A program made the position numbers and the translations under genes. A model generated the notes under the pieces. The model worked only from the letters and a program-made list of their open reading frames with translations. It was not told where the DNA came from and did no database searches. DNA of 63,997 bases, counting the filler, from Lenisia limosa (Eukaryota; Protista; Breviatea), in assembly GCA_001655205.1 (NCBI GenBank). It is 14 parts of 14 records of this genome, joined end to end, with 100 filler letters (N's around TTAATTAATTAA, not from the genome) between each part and the next. Parts side by side here need not be neighbours in the genome. Positions count along the whole stretch, not along the records: positions 47,447 to 50,774 come from LPNZ01004596.1; positions 50,875 to 57,887 come from LPNZ01011429.1; positions 57,988 to 62,886 come from LPNZ01006204.1; 11 more parts are not named here. One strand, written 5' to 3'. Positions 49,056 through 62,759 of this stretch are shown piece after piece. How positions within the stretch are numbered: the stretch's first letter is position 1; the number at the start of each line of letters is the position of its first letter.

Positions 49056-49150
49056 GGGCTTCCTTACGTTCCCAAAAAAGACTGAATTTCTCAATAAATC
49101 CTCGATAAATATCGATATCTTGACGGCCTTTTCGGACCGTATGGTAGCCC
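49056..49150. mobile_element. MITE family A copy (second subfamily)
   Basis: gggcttccttacgttcc...ggaccgtatggtagccc-ta. Confidence 0.8.
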
Positions 49151-50529
49151 TATGTACCAAGTCTTTTTTAGAACTGAAAGTAAAGCTGTATTTCCTATGG
49201 ATTTATTCATTTCCCTAGCTTTCTAATGTATACTATCATATGATATTATTTCTCTTATTCAAAAATTGTTTTTTCATGATTCTAATGTTATATTCCTTCA
49301 TTTAAATTTAATTACCATAACATGGTCAATTCCTTCTGTATTTAGAACCAAAAATGANNNNNNNNNNNNNNNNNNNNNNNNNNNNNNNNNNNNNNNNNNN
49401 NNNNNNNNNNNNNNNNNNNNNNNNNNNNNNNNNNNNNNNNNNNNNNNNNNNNNNNNNNNNNNNNNNNNNNNNNNNNNNNNNNNNNNNNNNNNNNNNNNNN
49501 NNNNNNNNNNNNNNNNNNTTAACCAGCACATATGTAATGTACATGTATTTATGTATAATCCATCTAAGCAGTCAGAATCTCTCAAAAAATCTCAATAAAT
49601 TCTCAATAATTCTCGATAAACATTGCAATGACCTAGTTCAAATATCACTTTATGGATCAATTTCACACGTGTGAACTATCATTTTCCACGACGCAGTTAC
49701 AATTTATACCTCAAATAGCCTTATTTAACACCCTTTATACTGACGCAAAGTCGTCGAACTTTTTCGGTTCCAACATTGCCCACCCTAGTGCCAAGTCCCA
49801 AAAACTCTCACCTTATCATCCCATTCCGATCTACTCCGCGGTCATTCCAACATACCTTAAGAACACTATCCAAAGGGAGCAGAGAAGACCTGGTTGCGCT
49901 CTAATGCAGAGAAATCAGTCAGGGATCTCTCAGTCCATGCCTCCTCCTGGCGTTCTCAATCAAGAAGAGGACTTAGCACCGTTTAATTCCGACTAATAAC
50001 AGGGGGTAGAAGGCACAGATGCGTCCCCTTCCTCTCTTGCTCACGAATATTTGAAGGCTTGGGCTGATCTATTTTAATGTTTCGTGAGCTGATTATTAAA
50101 CTTGAGCAGAAGACGTAACAAACTTATAATCTTAGTAATACCAATAATACTGTGATACTGTGTTCTGACTGTGTTTCCCGTGAAAACTAAAGTTCTAAAA
50201 TAACTTTGATCTGTGATCTGATCAAAACAACTGTGAATCAGCATTACATTTGGCGATTATAATTCTGTAGAGTTTTGTGTTTTTAGTATTTTCTCTTGCT
50301 ATCAACTATTACCCCCCCCCACGATGTATAACCACAAAGAGAATAATGAGAGTAGGTATAAAATAGGAATATAGGAAGATGTACACAGTTATGAGTCTGT
50401 CTTGGCCGATTTGCTATGTGATAACCGCATATGATACCATTTTTCCAATCGGTATTTCAGACTTTTAAAGTGAAGATACTGGTTTTACCCTCTTATACTT
50501 TTGCTGGGCCCTGAAATGGAATAATACAG

Positions 50530-50612
50530 CTACATCTTCAACATGATCATAAAGAAAAGAACCAAAATGGCAAGAAGAACAATGATGACATTGTTGGAAC
50601 CTCCCTTCAACG
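50530..50612 (-). CDS. Terminal exon of a tail-anchored membrane protein
   Basis: ttgtAG|(A)LKGGSNNVIIVLLAILVLFFMIMLKM*; a hydrophobic helix at the extreme C-terminus. Confidence 0.55.
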
Positions 50613-51381
50613 CTACAAAGGTGATGGGAAATTGGAAAAATTGAACAAACAAAAAAAAAAACTGACTTTATTAGCTGGAAACACACAAAACACAAAATAA
50701 ACACAGGCCAGTCGCTTCTGCAGCCACATCTCGCCAAAAGGGTATTATTTTTTATTCATTTTTATTGATAGATTNNNNNNNNNNNNNNNNNNNNNNNNNN
50801 NNNNNNNNNNNNNNNNNNTTAATTAATTAANNNNNNNNNNNNNNNNNNNNNNNNNNNNNNNNNNNNNNNNNNNNGGAGGGGACTGCATGGTACGTTGCAG
50901 CAGCACGGTACTCCAAAACTGCAATGGCTCGGATGGTGGTGTTATTGTTGAGTTGTGGGTTGTTGACCCCTAGAAACCCTGTAGAAACCTCATTCTAATC
51001 TGTGATAAATCTAAGACTCTATTTGTGTTTTCAGCCTGAGAAAACACTTCCGCGGCTCACCCCTCCACGAGCTGAGACGACTTGTCATGAGTTGCTTATA
51101 AGGCTGCCAAGAGGTATCATACATATGCACGAGAAATTAAAAAATAAGATTGTATCNNNNNNNNNNNNNNNNNNNNNNNNNNNNNNNNNNNNNNNNNNNN
51201 NNNNNNNNNNNNNNNNNNNNNNNNNNNNNNNNNNNNNNNNNNNNNNNNNNNNNNNNNNNNNNNNNNNNNNNNNNNNNNNNNNNNNNNNNNNNNNNNNNNN
51301 NNNNNNNNNNNNNNNNNNNNNNNNAATAATGAAACTGAAAAGAACAAACAATAACTTATAGAACCGACCTCCTTGAAAAGA

Positions 51382-53166
51382 CTAATCCGAGTCGGACTCA
51401 TCATCATCCCATCCATCATCCACGCCGGGCCCGTCTCCATCCGCCACCGCGGGTGCTGCAGGTACTGCTAGGTTAGTCAGGCTTGCGTATTTTCCATCAA
51501 CGGGAGAACAATCCCCAGCACCAACCATCAGCCTGAGTAGCCGCAGCTCGGAGGCGAGCAGTGAACTCCGCGTCAGTCGTTCCCGTCTTATCCGAGGCTC
51601 CAGCAACCACGAGGGAGACGATCCATTCACGAAGCTCGTCGTCCGATTCTGTCGGAGTTAGGGGANNNNNNNNNNNNNNNNNNNNNNNNNNNNNNNNNNN
51701 NNNNNNNNNNNNNNNNNNNNNNNNNNNNNNNNNNNNNNNNNNNNNNNNNNNNNNNNNNNNNNNNNNNNNNNNNNACCCACCATGAAAAACGTGAAGGTTG
51801 TGCTCTTGCTGTTTCCCCTTTTTGGTTTGGATAATCTTTGATATTTTCAGCACATTGTTTTTGCCGGTCTTACTTTCAACAAACTCAACTAAAAGGTGAC
51901 ACACAGACCGCAAATGAAGTCAATTCCTGGATGAACAAAAGTGGGATCAAAAATTTAAATTTAAATGAGGCAACCAAATACACATTCCCAAGACTTGAAT
52001 CTGTACACGATATATGATCATACTGAGAAAGAAATACTATCTGGCAATCCATGAATGGAACAGAAAGCTACATACAATACTCGAATCTTAAAATTCCCAT
52101 TGTTAATCCAGTTTAAAGGCCCATTTAGGAAAGAAAAAGCCCCAACCCCATAATCCACAAACATGGGTTACCTCAACCTACTTTCGGATTTGGACATGTC
52201 ACAAACTGCCAGGGAGGATTCCTAAAAATGTTATCAATTATAAGGGCAAAGTCTTGCTGACACAAAAGGGGGAAATTATTTCAAGTTGCTCAATTGGAAA
52301 CAGCTGCAAAGGACAATTAGTTGGAAAATAGTTAAAATGAGTGGAAAATAATAGACTTAATACTCAAATGATAAATAAAGAATCCATTCTTCCTCTCATA
52401 CCCTTCTTTTCACTTCAATGTCATCAATATCACCTTTGTCTATGTAGTTGGCATCAGCATTGTCTGGGATCTGAACAATAACAGGAGTGAGACGTGTATG
52501 CACAATGATTTAACCCCAACAGCAAAGAGGATAAAGAGGCAACACTTGGACCATTCCAATATGATTGCAATATGGTGTTGGGTGTATCTACCAACCCCTC
52601 AAACTGGGCGGAGACCAGGGAAGGAGTCGTAGTACGCCATCTCGTTCTTCCGAATTTCAAACCACCGTCTCTTCCACTTCTTGGAGCCAAATGAATGCCC
52701 TTTCTTTTCCAAAAATCCACTCTGTGGGCCAATTAGCTTTGGTTTTGCAAAGAATAAACTAGTTAATGAACAGCAGAGTTTGCCAATGCCTCGGAAAGGT
52801 CTCCATTAACATACCTTAATATGATTTACCTCAGGATAAGCACTTTTCTGGCCTCCTTCAAGCAGAATTCTGACATCTCGGCAAAAACACACGTCTGCTG
52901 GTTCCCTTCCTCTATTGTTCACTATATGCTGATCTGCGCCTAAAAATGTTAGAAATAAAAAACGGAAAAGGCTGCAAACTCCTATCAAGAAGAAGCTGTA
53001 CGACTTCACGCTGTCCTCGACCACATGCAAGGTGAAGGGAAGTTTCACCATCGTCATTTTGATAGTTAATATCTGCACCTTCATCTATAAGGCGAGTAAT
53101 ATCCTGGATATTGCTTCCATCAACGTCGGCATCAATTTGTGCGTGTAACTCATCCTCTAGGGTCAT
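51382..53166 (-). CDS. Ankyrin-repeat plus PH-domain protein, apparently complete
   Basis: MTLEDELH...EGADINYQNDDGETSLHLACGRGQREVVQLLLD|GADQHIVNNRGREPAD...|LIGPQSGFLEKKGHSFGSKKWKRRWFEIRKNEMAYY (PH beta1-3)...TESDDELREWIVSL (PH helix)...DDGWDDDESDSD*. Confidence 0.85.
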
Positions 53167-53374
53167 GGTTTCTTTACAATACACGTAATAATATTTTGCG
53201 TCGCCTTGTTTTGAAACAAAAAAATGGGAAATTTTTCGACTTGGACTTTTACGCCGGCGGAGTCTATTTAAAAATTGGGAAAGCGCGCCCCAGCTGCTCT
53301 TTCCTCTTAGTTATGTGGAGATGATCTGTACAGACTGTTAGATAATGTATCAAAGTGAGAATTTGCGGAAATCC

Positions 53375-56300
53375 CAAGAGCGTCTCGAAGGATTGCAACA
53401 GGTTGGCTTTTTGTGATCAAAAGCTTGCATTGGGTCCTTATGGAATGTAATAAAAAGATTTAGAACCTCGTGGTAGCATTTCATCATTCAGATGCTTTCA
53501 ATTTGATAGGGAATTGTTTGGAAGATATATTTCTATACTAGCAAAACGGTTGTAGATATTACAAAGCCGCTGCTCAATTGAAGTGGCTTCTACAAGCTGG
53601 TTGTTCCAGTAGTCTTACTTTGTATTTTACGAGCACTGCCCCGTCATTACGTTATCCTAATGGTGTAGGCTTCCTCCCAGTTCTCAAAACCGTCAACTGC
53701 TAAACCCGCCAAATTTCCAACACAGCAACAGGTACCCGGGTGGGTATACAATGCTTCCAAACATCTATTGGTCCTGTCTGATAATACTGTGATTTTGTTC
53801 TCAACTGATATGACAGTATTGCAGTAAGTTACAGCTTCATTCTTGTGTTATCATAACAAGTGTGCCCTTCATGACACGCTTTACAACATGATTAGTAATC
53901 TGGGAAACAGACCAAAGTCACCTCTCAGGCTGAATTATCACGCCCGAAGCCTCTAAGGGTTCAACATTCGAACAGAACTAGGGCTGTCCCACGAACTCCT
54001 TATTCGAAAGTTGTGTCTCCTCAAAAGTTGGTTTATGATGTATTTCGAGATTTGTATAAAAATATGCGGGGAGGCACGCAGAAAACTGTGTGCACAGAGT
54101 TGCAAGGCAAATGATTGGGTGAATTGCTAAAGTGATGATGACCAGATGCAACCTTTTTTTTTATTTCTCATCTCTATATATATCTCTATGTAGTATATAT
54201 ATATCCGTTCTACTGGCTCGAGCTTGCTGTATTTTGCTTTTTGAAATCCTCATACGTGTCTGGAGAGTGGAGACAATAGTTGAAGTCTTGATTATATCAT
54301 AAACCAGAGATATTCTTCATTGAAATTGTGTTCGTTTAAATCTGATGAAGGGATGTGGTGTTGCAGCCATAATTATCCTGGGCTTTGTTTGCTTTTGTTG
54401 TTTTCAACCCTCGTGTGTGAGTTAGTNNNNNNNNNNNNNNNNNNNNNNNNNNNNNNNNNNNNNNNNNNNNNNNNNNNNNNNNNNNNNNNNNNNNNNNNNN
54501 NNNNNNNNNNNNNNNNNNNNNNNNNNNNNNNNNNNNNNNNNNNNNNNNNNNNNNNNNNNNNNNNNNNNNNNNNAAAAAAACAGACCGCTGGGACCATCAT
54601 CGAACTCAAAACAGGTTGGGCTGATTACTCCTTTCGTAGTAGAATAGTTGGGCCGATTACTCCTTTCATAGTAGAAATAGTAATATCATATCATATGTAT
54701 TTGTATCTTTCACAGTTCACACCCAAGGACCCGAGGGTGCCCCCAATAGCAATGGATCTCTTTGCCCTTGCAGACACGGACTGCCATATGCCTGCGCCGG
54801 CAGAATCTTCTGTCACTCCTGACATTACTGCACAAAAACCTCAGCCAACTTCCACGCAACCAAGTCCGCAGAATGTGGCAACAGATAAACGCCCTCCGCG
54901 GCCGGAATCACCACCATCCTACCTTAACGTGGTGGTTCCAGCGGAGCAGATAGTACCGCCCTCCACAGCACCGTCGCACCCGGGTAATCCCCCTGGAGTG
55001 GAGGAACGCCTTGCTGCCCTGTTATCAGAACATGATTTGGATATGCACTCTCTTCAGAAGGAAAACAACATCTTGAGCTCTGTAAGCGGTGTAGCTTTTT
55101 CACCCTATCGTGTGCCTGCAACTTCTTTCTCAATCGTAAAAATGCTCAGTTAATACTAATCATATCATTTTTAAGACATTCATCAATATAACCTCGAAGG
55201 AAGAGGAAAGTGTCGACAACTTTTTGACCACTTGATTATAATAGTTCAGCAAATTCATGTCTTCTTAATTCCCTATTGGCCTTTGTTACTCTTCAGGTGG
55301 TACAAATGCAGCGTCTTTTGCAGTCGGCTGTGTCTCCCGAAGTTAAGAAGGCCGCCTCGTCTCAAGCCCTTGTATGCGTTGTCGGAGTTAGAGTGGATTC
55401 CGCTTCGTCCTTGAAGAACTTACAATTCCAGGACAAAGAAGAGCCTAAAGCTTCTCCTCAGTCAAAAGCCTCGTCTGAAGAACCCCCCTCAGCTGTCTTG
55501 GGCCCCCCACGGTCGACCCCCTCACAGCCCCCCGCAGAGCCGCTCACTAGTAGCCCCCTCCGCGCCACTGATCTGCAGCCGGCCCGAGGCCCCAACCTAG
55601 GTACGTACTCCTGGTGTTTTCAAGGGCCATGTTTCCATGAGTCACTATTTAGTGCTACCCTCTCTGAGCAACCCCTCAGCCTCCATTTTTGGCAATCACC
55701 TGACTCCAATGAGAAGACGGGAAGGTAGCGGGGGTTTATGTCAAAGTGCACCGTTCGTCATCACGTTGGTCACACCTCCAGAGGCTGTCGTAAGCCGAAG
55801 AACCCTCGCTCTTGGAGCTTCCATATCGGGAAAGTCCCACCTTCCAAAAGCGGCCATTTCGTCACGACACACTTCCTCTCCCGAAAAACAAATTTCCAGT
55901 CGCCCTTTTACTCCACTCCAAGTATGGAATCTATGTTTGTTTGTTCTGAACACTCTTGTCTTTTGTAAAGAAACCGTATTTTTTCATCATACGTATTTCC
56001 CCCCCCCCCCCNNNNNNNNNNNNNNNNNNNNNNNNNNNNNNNNNNNNNNNNNNNNNNNNNNNNNNNNNNNNNNNNNNNNNNNNNNNNNNNNNNNNNNNNN
56101 NNNNNNNGTCCACTCCCGCCCATCCCCAGAACGACTCCCATTCTCTTTCCGTGAATGGGCTTCACTTTGGCTCTCATTGTAATACTAAGGCTACATCTAT
56201 TGAAGCAAACCTGGAAGCACATCAGTTTCTCACTCCCAAGGATTCGCGTCACCATGAAGGCAGAAATGACGTTCGGCCCTCTGCCGACTTTGAACGCGCG

Positions 56301-57887
56301 CGGCTGCCTCAACCTACGCCACTTTTCGCGTCAAACACGCCAGCTCCCCTTTGCCACACTGTTGTTGCTGGCGGCCCTGCCGGACGAATAGCACCATGGG
56401 TCGCAGCATCTGGAACACAGGGCCCAGTGTCAACTGCTCCGGTTGGCTGAATTGGGCATTGGTCTTTATGTTGGATGTGGCCCAACGACCGTTTAACTGT
56501 TCAGGTCCGCTTAAGCCATAATCGCCGTGCCCCCTCCGTCAATAACGTGAAAACAGATGTTCTGAACCAAACACCAAAAAACGAGAATGAGAATAAAAAC
56601 TTGCCTAATGTGGAAAGTCCAGAGATGGTCTCACCAAATACGGAAGAGACGTCTTCGGCCAACCCACCAAAACCGGAATTAGCCCCAAAAGCCAATCCTG
56701 AACCCTTAGTTCAAAGTTCGATGGCTGTTACAAGTGTTCCATAATTATGAGCTAATAATCCGATCAGACCTGATGACCAATTACATACCTAAACAGGGAA
56801 TAGATGGTTACTATTGTAAATAGGTCCTCACCCATTTTAGATGCCCAAGCTCAAGAAGACATTTTAGATGATGAAGCATTGTTGCGTGAACTGGATCTTC
56901 CGACACCTTCCAATTATCATGATGATCCTGAAGAAAGCCCTGTCACGGGAATGTCAGAACAAGCGACTTTGGTAGGATATAACCTTTGAGTTTAGAAGTA
57001 CTAGGACTGTAGCAATAGGTCAGTCCCAGCTTATCTAACTGCTTAGCTGAAATCTGGTGTTGGACACTTGCTTCTTTTTGCTCAAGACTACATTGTGAAG
57101 CACCAAGCTGAGGTTGGACCGAACGTTTCTTCCGAGAATTTTCTGTGGAAGGACAATCTCACATTTCAGTCCACGGCACAAGCGATTGAGATTTCTAACC
57201 TCAAAGCGAACATCCAAAGATTACATAGCGAGGTACCAAGGGCTAGCGTCTTCGGATCCAATAATCCTCTTAGATCGAGACGGTTTCTGAGCTTTCAAAG
57301 CAACAGGGAAGGGACGAAGCGTTTACAGACAGCCACGTGGGTGGGGTTTCTGGACATAATGGGTATCGTGTTATGTTCTATGAAAGCCATGGCAGCAGTG
57401 TTCTTACTCGTGTTACAGAACCAAATATCGCAAATGAGAGAGCAGTTCAGGACAGAAACGACATCATGGCTGACTGAACGAGAAGTGAGCTCGTGGAGTC
57501 TTGATAACCACTTTAGTCTCTGCGCTCACGAGTTATTGTTCTGGAGAACATGGTGACGACACACGAGGCTAAAAACACTGCGTTGACAAAGCAACTTGCC
57601 GAGGCTGATACAGGTATGGACGGACCCCCACGTTTGGCATTGTCGGACCAATTCGAGTATTGACGCTTTTCAGATTTGAAGTCGCAGTTGGAGTCTCAGA
57701 GTGACGTTTTTGAGCAGCGTGTTATTGCTGCCCAAAATAGGGCTAATAGCGCCGAGGTTGGGAGTTGGCCAGGGTGTTAACGGATTCAGAATCGAGCCAA
57801 CACTGCAGAGTCTTCTCTTCTCCAGGTCCAAATTGAGAAGGATAAACTCAAACAGAGGCTTTTAGCGGTGAGTCGGTGTATTTAAGG
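53375..57887 (+). CDS. Large hypothetical Pro/Ser-rich protein with C-terminal coiled coil, 3' truncated
   Basis: Many long stop-free GT-AG exons, e.g. 54715-55085, 55298-55601, 56108-56445, LKSQLESQSDVFEQRVIAAQNRANSAE. The start and several joins are uncertain. Confidence 0.55.
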
Positions 57888-58342
57888 NNNNNNNNNNNNN
57901 NNNNNNNNNNNNNNNNNNNNNNNNNNNNNNNTTAATTAATTAANNNNNNNNNNNNNNNNNNNNNNNNNNNNNNNNNNNNNNNNNNNNTTGAATTACATTT
58001 GGATATACAGAACGTTTCTTATTGTTATTTAATACATACCATATGTTCTAATTATATCATTTTAAAAAGTAAGAATTTTGTTGAAAGTAATAACATTTTA
58101 ACAATTCAGGACTTTATTAGTAATATTTTAATTAACAATCGAATGTAGTTTTAAATATTAACTGAAAGTTCTTGTCACCATTCAAAACAGTCAAGGACAT
58201 CCAGAACGTGTAGTATCAAAATGTGTAGTTATTAGAATTATTTATTAGAATTATTTATTAGAATTTCACTTGGTATTTTCTAGTTTTTCAAGTAATCTTT
58301 TGAAGAATACTACTATATGAATAACACTTAAGGACTGTAAAG

Positions 58343-60635
58343 GACTTCCAGCATATCGTGGCTCACGCAGACGCTCTGTTTCTCAATATCATTTGGGCTG
58401 ATGATGGCGGCAATATTGCCTATGGTTTAGCCGGACAGGTGGGGGCTATATACAAACAAACAATCTAGGATTTGAAGAATTCACGTGTTCCAATACCCCC
58501 CCCCCTCTCATTATATGCCGCTAACCGTTTAGCACCCCGTCCGAGCTGAGGGTCACACGGGCCTCCTTCCGGCTGATGGAGCGTCAGGGTGGGAGGATTG
58601 TTTGAAAAAAAAATGTATTGAATACAAGACAAGGGAAAAAAATACACATTTGGACCATATGTCGGGAAGCGTCTTTTTTTTTCATTATTTTTTTTTTTTT
58701 TTTGNNNNNNNNNNNNNNNNNNNNNNNNNNNNNNNNNNNNNNNNNNNNNNNNNNNNNNNNNNNNNNNNNNNNNNNNNNNNNNNNNNNNNNNNNNNNNNNN
58801 NNNNNAAATAATTTTTGTTATTTTGATTTGGGGGGAGGGGTTATGTATACAAATATCGATAATACATTCTTAAGAATTGGGGAAACAGATAATATATAAA
58901 TATTCATAGGTATGCCACAAGAACAAATTTCCGTGTTGAATTTGACATCCCAGAGAAAACGAGTGGGAAAGCTGGATCCCAAGAAGCCATAAGCCTTTTA
59001 TTTTCAACCCCCCAGGTATGTATTAATATGGGGGGATTAATGTTTATTGAAATGTGGGGTGTGTGAGTATTGATATTGGCTAATATCATATCATATGAAG
59101 AACTTTTGATTAAAAAGAACTTGCCTCAGTAGTAGAGCTTCACTTCGGTTCGATAAACTATCGATAGTTTTCGAAGATTTCTCGAGAAATTCAGTGTTTT
59201 TTCGAATCGAAGTGAACCCTACGCACTGGCTTTCCTACTGTCCGAAAAAGACCGTTAAAATATCGATATTCATCGTGGAATTATCGAGAAATTTAGTCTT
59301 TTTTTGGACCGAATCCCTACCTATATATAATTATAATATATACTCTCTGATATGGAAAGTAATTACCGTTCGCTTACCACAATGTCCTGACACGGATATT
59401 GAGCTTTATCTTTGCCAATCGTGTCAGGACTTATTGCGGTCAGTGAATAGAAAGAGAAACTTACCCTTTGTAGAAAGGGCTTACCTTATATAGAAAGTAG
59501 AACTTACCCTTTATAGAAGGTTTCCTTGCCAGTGCCAACAATGAGCATGTCAAATCAACGTCCGGATACCCTTATTACCTTGGGGCAAGCTATTTACCAG
59601 GCTACAGAGCTGAGGTGGGGAGTTACTCTTATACTTCAAAAACAGTTTAAATATTTGGTAGTAGTTAATTCAAATTCCTCAAATATTATGTTCAAAACCC
59701 TAAATGATGGGGGGGGGGGGAAGCAAAACCCAAATACATTCACAGTTGACCTTTTTCCCTATGTATTTTCGATTATTTTATTAGTCTTCCTCAAATAAAA
59801 AGGACCAATCAACCCCCCCTTAAACCAATATCATCCATACATTCCCCAATCAACTCTTTCACCCCTCACGTCTTTCAGTGTCTGTACAGAACCTTAACCA
59901 CTTACCCGCCGCCCCCCTCAAGCAATCACTAGCCTTCCACTCTTATTCTTTTCAGTGTCTGCACAGAACTTTAGCGGCCAATTCGCAGTTCACCCTTGAG
60001 GATGCCCGGCTTTTGCAGCTCAATACTACCACTGTCGGGGGGCGAGCGGTCTTTTTGTGAGCCAGAGAAATAATATACATTAGAAATTTAGGGAAACAAT
60101 AAATACTGAGGGAAACCATAAACAAATTACCATACTCGTCTTTTTATCGTGGGGGGGGGGCGGGTATCATCATCATCGTCACGTTAGGTCGGTGGTTTTC
60201 TAGAGAACTCTCAGTATCCATATTGGCCAGATCCTCCTTTTTACACTTATCATAATTTTGTGCCTTTTTATCCTTTTCATACATATAGTACATGTATATC
60301 TTTTAAATTACCGCTTTGTTTCTTCTCATATCTTTTAATTTTCCACTTTGTTCCTTCTTAAGTTGAACAACTGGGGTAATTCCAATTTGATTCAAATTTG
60401 GAACCATATTCAGAGACGCAAGAGTTTGGAAATGAAGATCAAACATTCACTCCACGGTAATACGAAGCCTGGGCATTTCGCAATTTTCGTCCAGTGTCCA
60501 TTGTGGCGGGTATATGGTGGTTCATTGGGTCGTTGTATTTGAGGAAAGATGAGTGCAATCCAGCTTGAATATTTTCTTGTAGATCGAGCCCTCGATCAGC
60601 TTCTCGGCGAAAAGATTCAGGAACTCAATCTTGCG
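58343..60635 (+). CDS. Penicillin acylase family (peptidase S45, Ntn-hydrolase) beta-chain region, multi-exon fragment
   Basis: DFQHIVAHADALFLNIIWADDGGNIAYGLAGQ|HPVRAEGHTGLLPADGAS|GENEWESWIPRSHKPFIFNPP|EGFLASANNEHVKSTSGYPYYLGASYLPGYRAE|CLHRTLAANSQFTLEDARLLQLN. This follows the S45 pattern NxxxAD..GNIxY...G.xP.R / EW...IP / NP..G...ANN / GYRA. Later exons are uncertain. Confidence 0.88.
59135..59317. mobile_element. Adjacent pair of MITE family A copies, one from each subfamily (59135-59219 and 59228-59317)
   Basis: ta-gagcttcacttcggttcg...cgaatcgaagtgaaccc-ta, then ggctttcctactgtccg...ggaccgaatccc-ta. Confidence 0.8.
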
Positions 60636-61799
60636 GTCCATGGTATTTAATATGAAACCAAAAAAAAACTGATTCTACAAAAGAAGAATGCCTGCTTTGC
60701 TTACCCTTTCCGGTCACAAAAAACATTGACGCGAGGCGTGTTTTGGGCGACGCAAGGTGGATTAGAAGGAGCTGCCTGGTCACGGTGGTGAGGTACTTCG
60801 GCCTGAAACAGTCACACAAGATTGTGGCAAATAGACACTTTCCAGTGGCGGACAAGAGAGGGAGACACTTCATGAGCCCCGTCAGGATGTCATAATGGGT
60901 ATAAAAGAGTGAGAATTTAATGACAGCAAAACGTCTCGTCAATCAGAACAGGTGGTCTGAAGACAATATTAAGAGCTCTTTCCTGAATAATGAATTAGAG
61001 ACAAGAAGAAAATCATCTTAAATACAGTAGTGTGTTTAATGATAGTTTTATTTCAGTAGAAGAGGAATGTAAACAACGACAGCAAAAAAGGAGTATTCAA
61101 TTGTAATATCGTAAATAGGTTAAGAGACTAGTTCAGTTCATCGGATATTTGATTCATAAATAAATTACAATTCCTCTTTTGAAATTTTTTAGCCCCTCCT
61201 CATCCCAGGTCAATTCCTAAACTAGGCTCTTTATGTTTCTTCAATATACAATANNNNNNNNNNCATGAAGGGTAGGTGTTCTGGGGTTTTCAAGCCTCAA
61301 ACACAATCGTCTGACATGGTTGTCCTCCTGACACTGCAATCCCGGTTCCCAAATATACCAGACTCGCGATCTCCATAATATTCATTTGGAATAAGAAATG
61401 GGTATTGAAAGGTTTTCTCAATCAGTCAACAAATAATCCATCCCTTACACTTTCACACACGATAGACGATACTCCCACTTACCTAAAATATAAGAGGAAT
61501 ACGAGAAATTCAAAATAAGTTACATACTTTGAGATAGTAACATGCTATCAGTTTACATAACCTCGAAAAACTGGAATTACTAACCGCAACAGCAATTTTC
61601 CAACGTCTATTCTTTTTAAAAACGCTTCCATCAACATTGGAAAAGACGCAACAGCAATTTTCCAATGTTGTGCGTTTATAGTAAGATACATGAGTAGTAA
61701 GAGACTAATAAAACAGAATCTCAGTATGTTAATACTCAAATCTTATTTATATTTACTGGGAAAGGCGTGTTAGAGAGGAGGATAGGGAGGGTGGATCCA

Positions 61800-62480
61800 A
61801 GACCAACCTCTGAAGTTTGTAGGCGGTGCTGTTGAGACCAGTTTTCAGACAGTAACCTCGTCGGTCCATTCAGGATAAAACAAAACAGCAAAAAGGTCCC
61901 CTTTTAGTGAAGCTTAAATTCTTTTTTGTAGTTGATTATGATGAAGTTGGTTGAAGATATCATTTAACAGCCAGCTTCATCAAGCAGAGCAGTGCAGACA
62001 CTGTAGTTTCCTGTTCCGGGGGATAATTCGAGGCCAACCTTTCAAATAAGCTGCTAAGTGGAGATAGGGGGAGAGCCAAGCCATAGACTGGGTAAACTGA
62101 ACCCCGCAGTTTATTTCGGTACAATTATCAGTCGTCTCCGCCAACAGTTGATTTTCAAAGAGCCATTACTATTATTGGAACAATGAAAATCAACCCCAAG
62201 ATTATCCAATCACGATGCATTTTTTGAAGCAAAAATTTGAGCAGGTTCCGTTTGCTTTCCGCCCAATACAGCTTCTCCCTCGATACAGCAATAGAGGGTA
62301 TTATCCGGGGTAATCAATGTTTCCTTCGCCTATACAGTGTGAAGCAAGCATAGAGAGGGTATTTCTTATTTCAAATCGGAGGCGTAAGCAAACTGCTTTG
62401 CCTGAGCATTAAATATCAAAAACAATACATGGGGATACCATCCACTAAAACGTTTCAGGAGGAAAGCTCGTTGCACATAG
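61800..62480 (-). pseudogene. Possible heavily degraded non-LTR retrotransposon reverse-transcriptase remnant
   Basis: Broken frames give INCGVQ...GSPLSPL (compare GVxQGxPLSP) and later ENWSQQHRLQ. There are many stops and frameshifts and no clear YADD. Confidence 0.3.
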
Positions 62481-62687
62481 TACTATTGGTACTGTCTTTT
62501 CCACATTGTTCCTTGATTGATGTCCATGAATTTTATTCAATTTTTACTGTGACTGTTTTTTTACTGTTTTACTATTAAACTACTTTTCTCTTTGGATATT
62601 ATTTTGAACTATTTTAACTGGTTTTATCATTTTCATTTTTGCTAGTTACTCTTTTTGCGAATTTTACTCTTTCACTAACCTGTTCAG

Positions 62688-62759
62688 CTTGCTGGCTTGG
62701 AGTTTGCTGAGCATGTTGAAAGGCTTCTTGGCGGCCATAATGACCCTGATATAAAAATG
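62688..62759 (+). CDS. Isolated internal exon of an unknown gene
   Basis: ttcactaacctgttcAG|LAGLEFAEHVERLLGGHNDPDIKM|GTctgg; strong CTAAC branch point, 24 codons. Confidence 0.45.
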
